From: Octopus sinensis
Lineage: Eukaryota
Direction: 5' to 3'
Length of the DNA: 64,000 nt
Assembly: GCF_006345805.1 (NCBI RefSeq)
Contig: NC_043001.1
Coordinates: 13,516,001-13,580,000, forward strand
The translations under genes and the position numbers were made by a program. The notes beneath the pieces are model-generated. The model made no database searches and had not been told where the DNA came from. It saw only the letters and a program-made list of their open reading frames with translations. How positions within the stretch are numbered: the first letter of the stretch is position 1; every line of letters begins with the position of its first letter. This document shows positions 1-13,462 of this stretch, one piece after another.

Positions 1-158
1 AATATGAATATAATTAATATAATATATAATATATATATAGATATTTTTTTAATGTTTTAATTTTTTAATTAAACATATATGTATATATATATATAACAAT
101 ATATATATAACAATATATATGTATATATATAAATTTGGATTTATTCCCTAATATTTAT

Positions 159-214
<56 letters not shown>

Positions 215-716
215 GTGTACATGCATAATACAGGCGCGTGTATGATGTGATACAAAAATATTTTGCTTAAGCGTATTATACTTCTATTCACTGGGTGAAG
301 TACACTTATTACTAATTTTAAGAATATTTTGGGCCTTTTATTGCAGTCAAGGTTTTTAGAAAGGAAAACTACCAAGAATTATTTCTTCTACGATTACATA
401 TAATAGCATCAAGGATATGAAAAGAATACGTTACTAGAGTCTTGAACCGCACGAATCTGTAAAGTTCAGTTTACTTACACGCTGTATTATATCGACTATA
501 CTCGAAGTAGCCTATGGCCATAATCTGACCCGTTTCTGATTTTCCGATATAGCTTGATATTTGTTTTACAAATAGTCCATCAATTTGCAAAGTTGAAGAT
601 TGTTTAGTTATTATTTCTAGCAATCTGAACGACTCTGTAGCCCACATATGAACCCAATTTTATCGCAAACGGGCCGAACCAGTAAAATCATAGCAAGAGA
701 GCCTATATATTTAAGT

Positions 717-1322
717 CGTCGAGCGGTCAGAAACATTAGCACGCCGGGCGAAATCCGTAGCGGTATTTCATCTGCCGTTAAATTCTGAGTTCAAATTCTG
801 CCGAGGTCGACTTTGACTTTCATCCTTTTGGGGTCGATAAATTAAGTACCAGTTACGCACTGGGGTCGATGTAATCGACTTAATACCTATGTCTGTCCTT
901 GTTTGTCCCCTCTGTGTTTAGCCCCTTGTGGGTAGTAAAGAAATAGGTATTTCGTCTGCCGCTACGTTCTGAGTTCAAATTCCGCCGAGGTAGACTTTGC
1001 CTTTCATCCTTCAGGGGTCGATAAATTAAGAACCACTTACGCATTGGGGTCGAGGTAATCGACTTAATCCGTTTGTCTGTCCTTGTTTGTCCCCTCTGTC
1101 TTTAGCCCATTGTGGGTAGTAAAGAAATAGGTACTTCGACCGTCTTTATTTACGTTCTGAGTTCGTTATTCTGCCCAAGTCGACTTCGCCTTTCCTTCTT
1201 TCGAGATCGATAAATTAAGTACCAGTTACTCACTGCGATCGATGTAATCGACTTAATCCCTTTCTCAGTCCTTATTTGTCCCCTCTATGTTTAACCCCTT
1301 GTGGGCAATAAAGAAATAAGAA
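717..1322 (+). mobile_element. tRNA-derived SINE family A, tandem array (head + 3 units of ~184 bp)
   Basis: Head CAGAAACATTAGCACGCCGGG, B-box-like GAGTTCAAATTC, body GCCTTTCATCC..GGGGTCGATAAATTAAGTACCAG (Nin/Deu-domain-like), repeated three times. Confidence 0.9.
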
Positions 1323-1539
1323 CCTATATATAACAATTTAAAAGTTTTCCCTTTGTTTCAGTGTAAAAAAGTAAATTCTCAAAATGTACATGTTTAAAGA
1401 ATAATTTTCTGCGGGGGGGGGGTGAGGAACATTGAACAAGTGAAAGTGGGAACTGTTAAATATGACTGAGTTATCACACAGCCTCGTAAATGTATACAAT
1501 CTATGAATTAAAAAAAAAAACACTTTTATTATTTGTTAT

Positions 1540-2113
1540 CGTTTATATTTTATCATGTTCCAGAAATATTTTTTCTACTTCACAAGTGCATCAATATCAG
1601 GCGTGAAATTCTGAGTAGCAGCTGATCTTGGGATGTCGTTTAGGTGCGTATGTGTGAGCGTTGAGCATAGCTTTGTTTTATGGATGCTTATTGCAGAGAA
1701 AACTTTTTCACAAAGGTAGGTGCTTCCGAACATGCACAAATCTTTCGCAGCAACGGTTGTCAATTTGGGGTCCCTTGGCCAGCGATACTGAAGAAAATTT
1801 TCCATGCCCACCCATGTAAATTTGTTTTTGTTTTTATCAAATCTGAATCACGTTGCAAGTCAGTCATTTCAAGCAAGCTGAATGTTGACAAGCAGATCAG
1901 AGACGTTGTTGACTGTAAATGGTGATCGACATACTGTGAAATCTGTCTTTCAAGTTTATCAAAGATCTGAAACTTTTGCTCAAGCAATAATCCCGTGATA
2001 TTGTCTTTGTACCGATTCATGTCAATACTATCTTTAAATATAGTCACTCCTCAGGTCCACGATAAAAACAATAAAAAAATTAAATAAATGTACGTATAAT
2101 ATTTAATAAGAAA

Positions 2114-2159
<46 letters not shown>

Positions 2160-2250
2160 TTTCGCTGAGAAGATTGCCAAACTGACGATGATCCAGACCA
2201 CTTCTTTGGATGAAATTAACAGTGCGGACAAGCACTTCCAGGCGAAGTAG
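1540..2250 (-). mobile_element. hAT transposase remnant, C-terminal dimerisation region (SPIN/Charlie, GTF2IRD2-like group)
   Basis: Frameshifted peptides ...LCMFGSTYLCEKVFSAISIHKTKLCSTLTHTHLNDIPRSAATQNFTPDIDALVK match the hAT C-terminal motif; a short ..VRTVNFIQ..RQF piece lies at 2160-2250. Confidence 0.85.
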
Positions 2251-2650
2251 TGGCTATGTGGTAAGTAGCTTACTTATCGACCACATCGTTCTGGGCTCAG
2301 TCCCACTGTGTGGCACCTTGTGCAAGTGTCTTCCACTATAGCCTCAGACCGACCAAAGCCTTGTGAGTGAATTTGGTACACGGAAACTGAAAGAAGCTCG
2401 TCGTATAGATGTATACATATATATATATATATATATATGTATATGTGTGTGTGTCTGTGTTTGTCTCCCCCATCATCGCTCGAAAGCCGATGCTGGTGTG
2501 TTTACGTCACCGTAACTTAGCGGTTCAGGAAAAGATGCCGATAGAATATTTACTTGGCTTACAAAAGAATAAGACATGGGGACGATTTGCTCGACTAAAG
2601 GCGGTGCTCCAGCATGGCCGCATCAAATGACTGAAACAAATAAAAGAGTA
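2243..2650 (+). mobile_element. tRNA-derived SINE family B (CORE-like CCTTGGGCAAGTGTC, internal microsatellite), near full length
   Basis: Head GTGGCTATGTGGTAAGTAGC..TCAGTCCCACTG, internal (TA)(TG), tail ..CGACTAAAGGCGGTGCTCCAGCATGGCC..GACTGAAAC. Confidence 0.9.
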
Positions 2651-2958
2651 TATAAATACGTAATTTTTCAATAAAAAAATCGAACAAAAGTCTAACAATA
2701 TATCTGAAAGCAAAAACACAAAATATCTTATTAAATATATTTTGGTAACTAAAATCTTTAAACTTAATACGTAGGAATTAGTGTTTATAATAAATTTATC
2801 TCGTTAAAAACGTCGTGTAAATAAAACTAGAATAAATAGATATAAATATTTATTTTATCTGTGAATATATATTTAAGCTTATAACAATATAGAAATCAAT
2901 ATTTTTACAATAATGATCGAAATTCAATAATATAATACATACACACACACACACACAC

Positions 2959-3048
<90 letters not shown>

Positions 3049-3067
3049 ATATATATATATATACAAA

Positions 3068-3102
<35 letters not shown>

Positions 3103-3107
3103 TATGT

Positions 3108-3290
3108 TTGCGTGTCTGTATTTGTCCACCCAACATCGCTTGACAACCGACGCTGTTGTGTTTATGTCCCCGTAACTTAGCGGTTCGGCAAAGAGACCGA
3201 TAGAATATGTATTGGGGTCGATTTGTTCGACTAAAGGCGGTGCTCCAGCATGGCGGCAGTCTAATGACTGAAAGGAATAACAGAATAAAC
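3108..3290 (+). mobile_element. SINE family B, 3' half
   Basis: CATCGCTTGACAACCGA..AACTTAGCGGTTCGGCAAAGAGACCG..GGCGGTGCTCCAGCATGG tail following a microsatellite. Confidence 0.85.
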
Positions 3291-3299
3291 GAATAGATG

Positions 3300-4622
3300 A
3301 ATAACACGGCACCTCGACTTAACGACCTTACCTCGGTTTGATATGGCAAGCCATAGGTAACGCCTATATCACTGAAAAGATGGTCAAACTGACGGTCATT
3401 CAGACTGCTTCATTGGATGAAATTAACAGTTCGGACAACCACTTCCATGATGTCATCCATTTTGTGCATCTTGCAACACGATGCCTCTTGGTGCAAAATG
3501 CGGTGGAATAACCAAAAATCTCGTTCTCCATTTGTGGCCTGTACTTTCTCTCTGAACTGCGTAACAACCCCTGCTTTTTTCTCAATCATCCATGGAATTT
3601 CACCTGTAGCCACGCTGAAAACACGGGCCCAGACCAGCGTTCCAACGACAGAGAGATGAAAATGTCATTTACTGTTCTGGTGTCTATCATACGAACCAAC
3701 TCCACGAACACCTCGGTGACGGTCAAAGTCTTATCTAGACCACGAATGCATATGGTTAGTTACGCAACATCCGTAATGTCCGTGCTTTATCAACTGCAAC
3801 TAAAAATGCAATAAATGATCTGACTTTGTGCTTCAGTTGCTTGTCCAAATCTGCAGAAAATCTGAAACATTATCTTCCGCAGTATTTCTCGTCAGGTCGG
3901 CAAAAGTCTGTCGCTTCTCAGGGCATACAATTTCTGAAGCCTTCCTATGTATGTTTAAGGAACTCACCCTCACAGTATGGCGTTGATGTTAATGCTATTT
4001 TTCTAACAGCAAGGTAACTAGCTTTTATTGCTACCTGACTGTTATCTCGGCTTTGGGTTCAAGCAGACTGCTGTTTCTTCAGATCCGCCAAAAATTTATT
4101 TACTTTCTCTCTTCTCATTTGTCCTTGAAAGTTATTGTATTTGTCGGCATGATGCGTCTCATAGTAGCGCCAAATGTTGTATTCTCTGAGCACTAAAACC
4201 TGCTGCGAACACACCAAGCACATAGGTATCACATTCACCTCCACGAATACATAGGAAAAGGACAAAAGAATAATTTTTCTTGAAACAATCTACACTCTGT
4301 ATCCATCTCTCTCCCCTTTTTGTCAAAGCCATTTTGGGTATGGTATAACAGAGCGAAATGTTGACCTAAAAAATGAAAACACGTTGTTAGTCATTGAATT
4401 AATTTCAAAAAATATATATATTTATTCCAATACAATATTTAACCCAAATCTTTAAATAATTTAAGAAAGATTTTCTCTATTAGAAATTGAATCATTGGCA
4501 TTATCATCAACTATACACAAACTGTCAACATTCACAATAAGTAAGTAAATATAATTTTTACACTTTTCAAAGTCATATCGCGAGCCGGTTCCAGCCCGCA
4601 GGCTGTATGTTTGACGCCCCTA
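3300..4622 (-). mobile_element. hAT DNA transposon, 5' portion with TIR (SPIN/Charlie-like), pseudogenised
   Basis: Terminus TAGGGGCGTCAAACATACAGCCTGCGGG at 4622; peptides ..PMCLVCSQQV.VLREYNI.RYYETHH.DKY, ..MMEVVVRTVNFIQ and PYQTEVR.LSRGAVL, broken by stops and frameshifts. Confidence 0.88.
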
Positions 4623-5775
4623 CTGTAGCTGCTCTGTCATCGTTTTGAGGTAATGTAGTAGTTTAGTAAATTGAATGTACTTAACCTTGTCCATAATGGG
4701 TATTATCAAAACGGCAATTGTAAAGTCTTGAATTACATTTGGATACAAAAATACAGAAAATTGAAATATGGGAAGGAATATCTCGCTTAAGTTCATAATA
4801 TTTTTGTATCAAATTAAACAAATTTTCAACAAACAAATTATATTTATAATGTTTGTAGATATGCGACTTGGAGCCCAGAAGACTCATGGAAATTCTAAAC
4901 ATATTTAATAGTCAAAATTTCTTACGGGCAAGAGAAAATTGAAAGAGAAATAGAATACGGAGGAATATCTAGAGAGATGGTGAATGAGAATGGGAAATAA
5001 TGCAGGGAATTAGAAAGAGAGAGAGGGATGGTTGGAGTGAGAAAGATATTATTTTCTGAAAATTTCTCAAGAGGAAAACATTGCTTAATAGTCTAACTTC
5101 TTTGAATATTAAATATATAATAAATAATTTGTTATAAAAATGAATATTTGAAATCAAATAATAGAAAAATTTGGAACCATATTTTCTGATTCCAGCAATT
5201 TTATCACAAAGCATGAATTAACAGACATAAAGCGGGTTTTTTTTATCATCGCAATATGTCAAAATTTAATGCGCTCTGAGGAATATAAATGTATTTTACA
5301 CGACAGAATTAGCTGGGATATAATTCTATGAACGTATTTCATAGAAGTATGATTTAGCAGGAGATCAGGGGAAAAATTATTGAAAAAAATGATCATTTAA
5401 CTTTGCCTTCGAACGTTAATGTTTATTTACATTCTATTCTATTTACATTTTAAATTCTTATTTCCATTTATGAATATTATTGGTTTCTATTTTGGATTTT
5501 TGTTTCGTATTTGTAAACTTTCTGCTACGTTGTATGTATTATACTAAAGACTATACAGTTTTTCGTTATTTCATTTCATTAAATCGTAACATTATCGTTA
5601 TTTCTGACTCAGAAACGTAGGTTAGATTACGGCGGTTAAAATACATAATGGCTACAAAGAAGTTGAAATCTTTAACTCTAGCAAATGCTATTTCACATAA
5701 ACATTGCAATGCATTCTAAACGTGAATGAGATTCGGAGATAATAAAGAGGATGATGCACATTATTAACATCATTT

Positions 5776-5951
5776 AGGCGTAGGAGTGGCTGTGTGGTAC
5801 GTAGCTTGCTTACGAACCACATGGTTCCGGGTTCAGTCCCACTGCGTGGCACCTTGGGCAAGTGTCTTCTACTATAGCCTCGGGCCAACCAAAGCCTTGT
5901 GACTGGATTTGGTAGACGGAAACTGAAAGAATCCCGTCGTATATATGTATA

Positions 5952-6015
<64 letters not shown>

Positions 6016-6040
6016 ATGTTTGTGTGTCTGTGCTTGTCCC
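5776..6040 (+). mobile_element. SINE family B, 5' half plus microsatellite
   Basis: GGCGTAGGAGTGGCTGTGTGG..GGGTTCAGTCCCACTGCGTGGCACCTTGGGCAAGTGTC. Confidence 0.9.
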
Positions 6041-6204
6041 TCAATATATGGCTATGGTGTTCCTCTGATACTTCTGCTTCTGATCAGTAAGGTTCATAGC
6101 TGCGGTATTGAGCAGAATATCTGTTGTAGCTCTAATCAGTTAAGATAAGAAACCATGGCAACCACTGGCTGGTATTATATCAAGACAGTTATTATTATTA
6201 TTAT

Positions 6205-6690
6205 TAATGTTTTACTTCTCAGAGTGCTCGGTCTTGTTTGTTCTGATAGATTCTGTAGGAGCGGACAGCAGCCTGCTATCAGAGGTTGCGCATGGTCTCT
6301 TTCTGCATATTATAAACTTTGATACTTGGCTGTTAATTATCGTGGGAGACATTCAACTTCCAAGTACCAATCACAAAATTCTAGATGTCCTCAGCAGAGC
6401 AGTTTTGGGGGTTTTCTCTGCTCTCAGTTCAATTCCGATTTCTCTTACATGTTTTCTCGAAATTGGTTGTTAGTGCTCGCAGTGTTCCTAAACCTATTGG
6501 AATGAAAAAACATTTCCTCATAATTCTAGTTCTTGCAATTTCGTCTTTCAGTAGTCTGTACTTTTCAATATTTTTTAGTTCTACGAAACTTATGCGTGCG
6601 CTCTAGGTATTGCAATATCCATAATCTTGATTTCCTCTTTTCCTTTATCTACCACAACCATATCTGGTCTACCAGGCGCGACTATAGTCA
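6205..6690 (-). mobile_element. R4/Dong-like non-LTR retrotransposon 3' fragment (restriction-like endonuclease domain)
   Basis: Translation RPDMVVVDKGKEEIKIMDIAIP..IEKYRLLKDEIAR..GLGTL..KTALLRTSRIL is the PD..D/E.K RLE domain; TAA tracts lie on both sides. Confidence 0.8.
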
Positions 6691-6784
6691 CATTGGATTG
6701 TTATTATTGTTATTAATATTATCATTATTGTTGTTGTTGTTGTTTTTACGATTATTTTACTTTTTATTATTTTATTTGTTTCAG

Positions 6785-6988
6785 TAACTTTACTGTGGCC
6801 ATGGTGGAGCACCGCATTTAGTCCAACAGATTGGCCCCAGGACTTAATTGTTATAAGCCTACTACTTATTCTATTGCACTCTTGTACCGAACCACTAAGT
6901 TACGAGGATTTAAACACACCAACATCGGTTGTCAAGCGATGGTGGGGGTGACAAACACACACAAACATATATACATACATATATACAT

Positions 6989-7043
<55 letters not shown>

Positions 7044-7192
7044 CCACAGGCTTCTTTCAGATTCTGTCTACCAAATCCACTCACAAGTCTTTAGTTGACC
7101 CGAGGCCTTAATAGAAGACACTTAACCAAGATGCCACGCAGTGGGACTGAACCAGGAACCATGTGGCTGGTAAGCAAGCTAAGCTTCACACA
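6785..7192 (-). mobile_element. SINE family B, near full length
   Basis: Reverse complement of the family B head, internal (CA)(TA) and tail. Confidence 0.88.
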
Positions 7193-7197
7193 GCTAG

Positions 7198-7219
7198 AAC
7201 TACTACTACTACAACAACA

Positions 7220-7291
<72 letters not shown>

Positions 7292-7295
7292 ATCA

Positions 7296-7333
<38 letters not shown>

Positions 7334-7365
7334 ATTATTATTATCATTATTATGATTGTTATTAT
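7198..7365. repeat. Compound (TAC)n/(TAT)n trinucleotide microsatellite
   Basis: Seen directly. Confidence 0.95.
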
Positions 7366-7370
7366 TAAAG

Positions 7371-7563
7371 TTGTGAGCTGGCAGAATCGTTAGCACGCCG
7401 GTTAAAAATGTTTAGCAGCATTTCGTTCGTCTTTACGTTCTGAGTTTAAATTACACGGACGTCGAATTTGCCTTTCATCCTTTCGTGGTCGATAAAGTAA
7501 GTACCCGTAGCGTACTGTTATTCATGTAATCGACTTAGCCTCTTCCTCAAAATTTCTGGCCTG
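7371..7563 (+). mobile_element. SINE family A monomer, alternative-tail subfamily (..CCTCCTCAAAATTTCTGGCC)
   Basis: GAGCTGGCAGAATCGTTAGCACGCCGG head and family A body. Confidence 0.85.
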
Positions 7564-7569
7564 AAAGCT

Positions 7570-8630
7570 AGTATATTTATTATCCCGATTCTCACAACGT
7601 TAGAATCTCTTCTTAGTTACCTATGACATATCTCAGAGCCTGTTGCAGCTTAGAAACTCAACATCTCCTTGAACAGGGATTACATTCTAATCAGCTTTCT
7701 AAGGTTTGTTCTTGAATTAATCTTCGTATTTCTCATTGTCTAAAGAAATTCTGCAAATTATTAACGTGCTAACATTTACATCAAAAGGATGCAATTTCCA
7801 ATCGTCAAGTTTGTAATAGCTACATTAACTTTTCACTTCTCCTAGCTTCTGGGAGCACTTAGGCACTTAAGCATGGCACCATTAGTATAAGCCACGCTTA
7901 CTTCTTATTAGCAATAACTACATATCCAACTCGTTATCCTTAATTTACGATTTGGTTTGTGTACGAAAATCCCAATACAGCAGGGAAATTTAAATAGATA
8001 ATAAACAACCTTCAGTTCAACAACCTCATGCGTATGCATTATATTTAAATTAGATATAAACAGCAATGGCGTGAGTAACACTGGAGACATAGGTTTCTTG
8101 TGCTGGCTTACTGCACTCATTTCGGAGTCTTAAAACCTCTATTAACATTTTCCTTAACATTCGACCGTTTATCTGTGACTGAGAATTAGGTTCGTTTAAT
8201 TAGTATCAATTCCCTTTGAATTCCTTTTCCTTAAGCAGTCAGAAACCATGATCCAGCTTCTCGTTTTAGCATCACATCAGACGCAATTACAGATTTTCCT
8301 TACAGCAGTTTATTTTTGACTGAACTGAAAATGTATATCTGGGTTTTTTTTTATCGCTATTTCTCCTGTTATTTTTGTTTTTGATTTTAAAAACTTTCAG
8401 CATTTTAGTAACTTCGATATTTCTTGCCCAGAAAATATTCTTTTCCACTATCCATAGCACAATATACCAAATCGTAAATCCCGGCGTTGAACGTGTTATC
8501 TACATTAGAGAAACCTCTGCCTATCCTCTTCATCTGAGATGCCTAACGGTATTAATCTTATGGCGGTGTGTGAATTCTTTGTAGATAGCATTCACTGTGA
8601 TAGCATTTAAATTCTAAAGCTTTGTCTGTT
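7570..8630 (-). pseudogene. Possible highly decayed retroviral-type DDE integrase (Gypsy/Ginger/Polinton-like)
   Basis: Only with frameshifts: FLT.K.KEF (cf. LQTDxGxEF) followed by SQ.NG....ENVNR (cf. PQSNGxVERxNR); many stops. Confidence 0.25.
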
Positions 8631-8869
8631 CAATGTAACAAAAAATTATAATTGCATCTTATAACTGGATTAGAATGATCCACAAGATTTTTTTACTTTT
8701 TATTAATTTTCCCTCCTAAATTTAGCAATTCTAAGTCAATTTTCACAATATATAATATATGTATAAAATTCATGTTGTTGTTGTTAGTGTTATTATTATT
8801 ATTATCGATAGTATTAATACGCTAACTTTTTTTATTCTAATGCGTTACACTTACTTCAAAGAAGTGGCA

Positions 8870-9180
8870 AAACGAGATAGTGGAGGACAGAGAGGAATAA
8901 GAGAGTGAGAGAGAATGAGAGAGAAAGAGAGTGAGAAAGAAAATAAGAGAGTGAGAGAGAAAGGGAGAGAGTTAGGAGAAAATGAGAGTGAGAGAGAAAG
9001 AGAGAGAGTGAAGGAGAGAGTGAGTTGTGGCGGCGTTCGTTTTGAGTTTTTAAATGTTTATCACATCGGAAGAGAAATAGATACTTAGATACATATACAC
9101 ATTGTTAAATCAAAAGCGGGAGAGAAGAGGGAAACAAAGGAAGTGAAAGAGAAGGAGAGAAAGTGAGAGAGACAATAAAT
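8870..9180. repeat. Purine-rich degenerate (GA)n tract
   Basis: GAGAGT/GAGAGA repeats, nearly all purines on the + strand. Confidence 0.85.
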
Positions 9181-10184
9181 ACATAAATCAAAAGAAAAGT
9201 TCACATATAGATATATAGTCACAGCAAATATTGGCTGTCAATTTCACTTTTCCTTACCACACGAGGATAAAATAAAATTACAAATAGCTGAGTACTCCAC
9301 AGGCATTCATAACATTAACGTGGTTCTCAGGGAGATTCAGCCTCACGCAGAATAGGAAAAGGCTGGCCCCTTTGAATTACAGCTACAGCTTGAGTCATAT
9401 ATATATGAATGTATCTGTGTGTGTGTATAGTTTAGATTAGTTAAAACATGTTTGCAATAATGTGTTGCGTGCTGGAAATAAACGCAAGTACCAAACTTTC
9501 ATTCATAAATCCATTTATTATCTTGTTCTTTTGCATTTCAATTTTTACATTTGTACCCAGAAATTTTCAACAACTGCACACCAAAAGAAAGGGAAAAAAC
9601 GAGTAATTTTATCTCCAAAATTTCTGTCTTGCAATAAATGATATTATATTAATATTATACCAGAGGCAATTAAAACGTAATTAACCTCAGATTCAGTGTC
9701 CTGCAATAATGAAGAAGAGGTTCAGAACCATCCATTTGAGTTCATATGTGCGCACCGGACGTCACGAAACGTCTACAAAAATATCAAACATGAGTAAAAG
9801 AAACATGAACTATTCTTTCGAACAACGAAATACACAAATGGAAAACAAGACAAACAACTTAAAGAACGACCCTTTATCAGTTGTTGGCTGTTTTTCTAGT
9901 CTCGTATTTCGTGCATTTAACAACAATATAAGATTTTGATAAAACAGTTGCTCCCGCAAGGCAAATTAAATGGAATTTGGGATTTTGCGGAGGGTCAAAA
10001 TTGGTAACAAAAACAGAACATGTATGTCTTTATATATATATATTACCGAAATTGGACCAAAACGGTAATAACGAATTTTTTTAGAGATATCTATCGGTTT
10101 GTTTCGAGACGCATAAATTTAATGGTTATCGACAATTTTTTTGTTTCGGCGTATCTGGCATTAGAATTTTTCTTCTGCCCTTAT

Positions 10185-10186
10185 CT

Positions 10187-10218
<32 letters not shown>

Positions 10219-10328
10219 TATATATATATATATATATAATTTATATTATTATACTATTGAGCTCCATGCATCCATTTCCAAGTAAGTTTTTCTGTGTATA
10301 TATGTATATATATATATATGTATATATA

Positions 10329-10364
<36 letters not shown>

Positions 10365-10410
10365 GTTTTTTCCTTCTGTCTTCAAATTTTCTTCCGTTTC
10401 TCGCCGAGTG

Positions 10411-10468
<58 letters not shown>

Positions 10469-10490
10469 TATTATTAATATTATTATTATG

Positions 10491-10527
<37 letters not shown>

Positions 10528-10530
10528 GTA
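10185..10530. repeat. (TA)n, (TAT)n and (AAT)n microsatellite cluster
   Basis: Seen directly. Confidence 0.95.
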
Positions 10531-10751
10531 GGGAATATATTTCGAAACTTACATGGAAAAATTCAATTTAGCAATTCTAAGTCAATTTTCACAATATATA
10601 ATATAAGTATAAAATTATGAGAAATATAGTATATTTAATATATTTGTACTTAATACGGATAAAGTCTTTCACTGTGTAATTGCTTAATAGAAGATATTTC
10701 TCTTAATTATACACACACACACAAACACACATCGCACGCGCACGCACACAC

Positions 10752-10819
<68 letters not shown>

Positions 10820-11447
10820 GAATATAAACAAAAGGGTAATAATATAGATTACTACCAGTGGCTCAGCACAAAAGACGAATTAGTCATTAGACAAAATATT
10901 ATTCATATAGAAAAATATTATTCATGTAGAAATATAGTTAAGGGCTCCTAATTAAGGATGCCAAGTGCTGGGGACACAAACAGGGGATAAATTTATCGAG
11001 AGTGAAAATCAAAAACATTTACCGATAACTTTACATCCCGGACTGATATCCGTTTCTACCTCTTTCTAGCAAAACACGGAATATGTTTGCTAAGGCTGGT
11101 TTCATTAGCGAGACGCCTACATTGAATCGAGACACGCAGCGCGTTAGACCATGTGTTGATCTCATATATATATATATATATATACATATATAAAGCAAAA
11201 AATGGAGACAGGTATATGAACAACAAACAAGTATATTAGTTTGAGCTTGGAAAATGAAAATTTCTTTTATGTTTCGAGCCTACGCTCTTTAACACAAAAG
11301 AACAAGAGAAAATACACAGTGGGAGAATGTATACATGTATATCCATATATGTGTATGCATATATGTATGTTTGTGTAAGCCTACGTGTGAGTGTATGTGC
11401 GTCAGTGTGTATGTACGTGCGCGTGCATGATGTGTGTGTGTTTGTCC

Positions 11448-11480
<33 letters not shown>

Positions 11481-11751
11481 TGTTAGTATATTTGTGATAA
11501 TTATGTATACATCAATCTACTTGTGCGTACGTCTGTCATGCTCATGTGTGGAGGTGCGTGTGCATGTGAGGAGGTTTTTGCAATAATTTAATAGGGAAAT
11601 AATTTGTTGTTCCTGGAATTCGGCTATATCCACCAAGCTTACACAAATCGGATGGATTTTAAAACACACCGTTATAATTAGTTTTGTAATCCATGTATTG
11701 CAAAGCGTAATGTTTCGTAATCACTGAATTGTTTTCATAAGACTCGGGATT

Positions 11752-11758
11752 TCATAGC

Positions 11759-11814
<56 letters not shown>

Positions 11815-11851
11815 CATGCATACATACATACATACATACATATACATATAC

Positions 11852-11883
<32 letters not shown>

Positions 11884-12086
11884 CATACATATATATATAT
11901 ATATATTATATATATATATATATATTATATATATATATATATATGTATATATATGTATATATATATATACGTACATACATATATATACCTATGTATATAC
12001 ATACATCTATTTATACATATATATATACATATATATACATATATATATATATAATATATATATATATATATACATACATGTATATA
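11752..12086. repeat. Degenerate (TA)n/(TACA)n microsatellite
   Basis: Seen directly. Confidence 0.95.
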
Positions 12087-12500
12087 TGGCGTAGGTGTAG
12101 CTGTTTGGTAAGAAACTTACTCCCCAATCAAATTATTCAGGATTCAGCCCTACGGCGTGTCACCTGGCGCAAGTGTATTCAACTAAATCCTCGTGGCGAC
12201 CAAAGATTTGTGAGCGATTTTGATAAACGGAAACTGACAGAAGCTTGTTGTATATATGTTTGTATACTTCTACGTGTGTCCCTGTTTGTTCCTACCCGCA
12301 CCACCGCTAGAAAACCGGCTCTTGGGCGTTTTTTGTCCGCCGTGTCTTAGCGGTTCGGCAAACGAACCGCTAAGAATAAATATGCTATAAAAAATATAGC
12401 ATAAATAGAATAAATATGCTATAAAAAAATAAGTACTGAGGTTTAATGTATTCGAGTAAAAATTCTTCAAGGCAATGCCCCAGCATGACCGCTGACTAAT
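12087..12500 (+). mobile_element. SINE family B, older diverged copy
   Basis: GGCGTAGGTGTAGCTGTTTGGTAAG head through GGCAATGCCCCAGCATGACC tail. Confidence 0.8.
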
Positions 12501-13462
12501 GTAATGAAGCATGTAATAGATAATAGATAATAGACGTGTGCATATAATTGTGTGAACGTGTGTATAAAGCTTTCTTTTAACTTTCTTGATGATTTTCAAA
12601 ATTAATTCTAGCACAAGGAATTATATCGATAATGTATCCCACTCCGAAGGAAGCGGAAAATTAATTAGTTCGTTAATAACTGTATCAATTATGTTGTTTG
12701 TTGTTTTAGAATTAAACAATCCTGTTTCATTTTCAAATTTATGGAATCATGGCGGATGTTTATGATTAATCTTAAACAAAAATACAAAACTTTAGAAGTT
12801 GCATCCCGTATGAGTAATATTAGCCATTTGAAATGAACATGTACGCTTGTGTGATAGTTTTTGTTAGTCTGTTGATAATTTTATGTTTTCCTCCAATAAT
12901 TTTATTGTTTGGTTCTTAGTTTCAACTGAATTTCTCCGATAAACCCCTAAGCAATATTATATAACTATAAAATACAAGGAAAACAGTCTAATATTCTCAT
13001 GGGAATATTGACAATTGAAAGTTTGTTTATAATCTCATGAGAACATTACATTGTTATTTGCTCCGTCCACAAGAGGAAGCCAGAATGAGTGGATCAGATG
13101 CTTGATATGAAATCAAGTTGTCTAGGTTTCACTGCCGATGCTGGAATGCTGGAATATTTTAAAACTAGAGTGACTGATACCACCAACACCTAACAATTTT
13201 ATTTAGTAGACGGAGACTCTTTATGAACACAAAGTTACCATATATTCAAGAATTTAGATTCAAACACTCATATAAACATACTTATCTGTTTAACTGTTCA
13301 TCTATCTGTCCGTCTCTTGTTTGTGTATCTGATACTTGCGTTTATCTGTATTTGTTAGTCTTCTTACCACCGTGTTGTTTTGGCTGAGATACCGTTATCT
13401 GATTAACTAATAGAATTTGAGAAAATGATGAATTACTGTCAATAGTATCTATAAGCTGATAG

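Noticed and set aside
716-1322. Regularly spaced repeats resembling a CRISPR array
   Set aside because: The ~184-bp units are wholly repeated with no unique spacers, there are no cas genes, and the context is eukaryotic.
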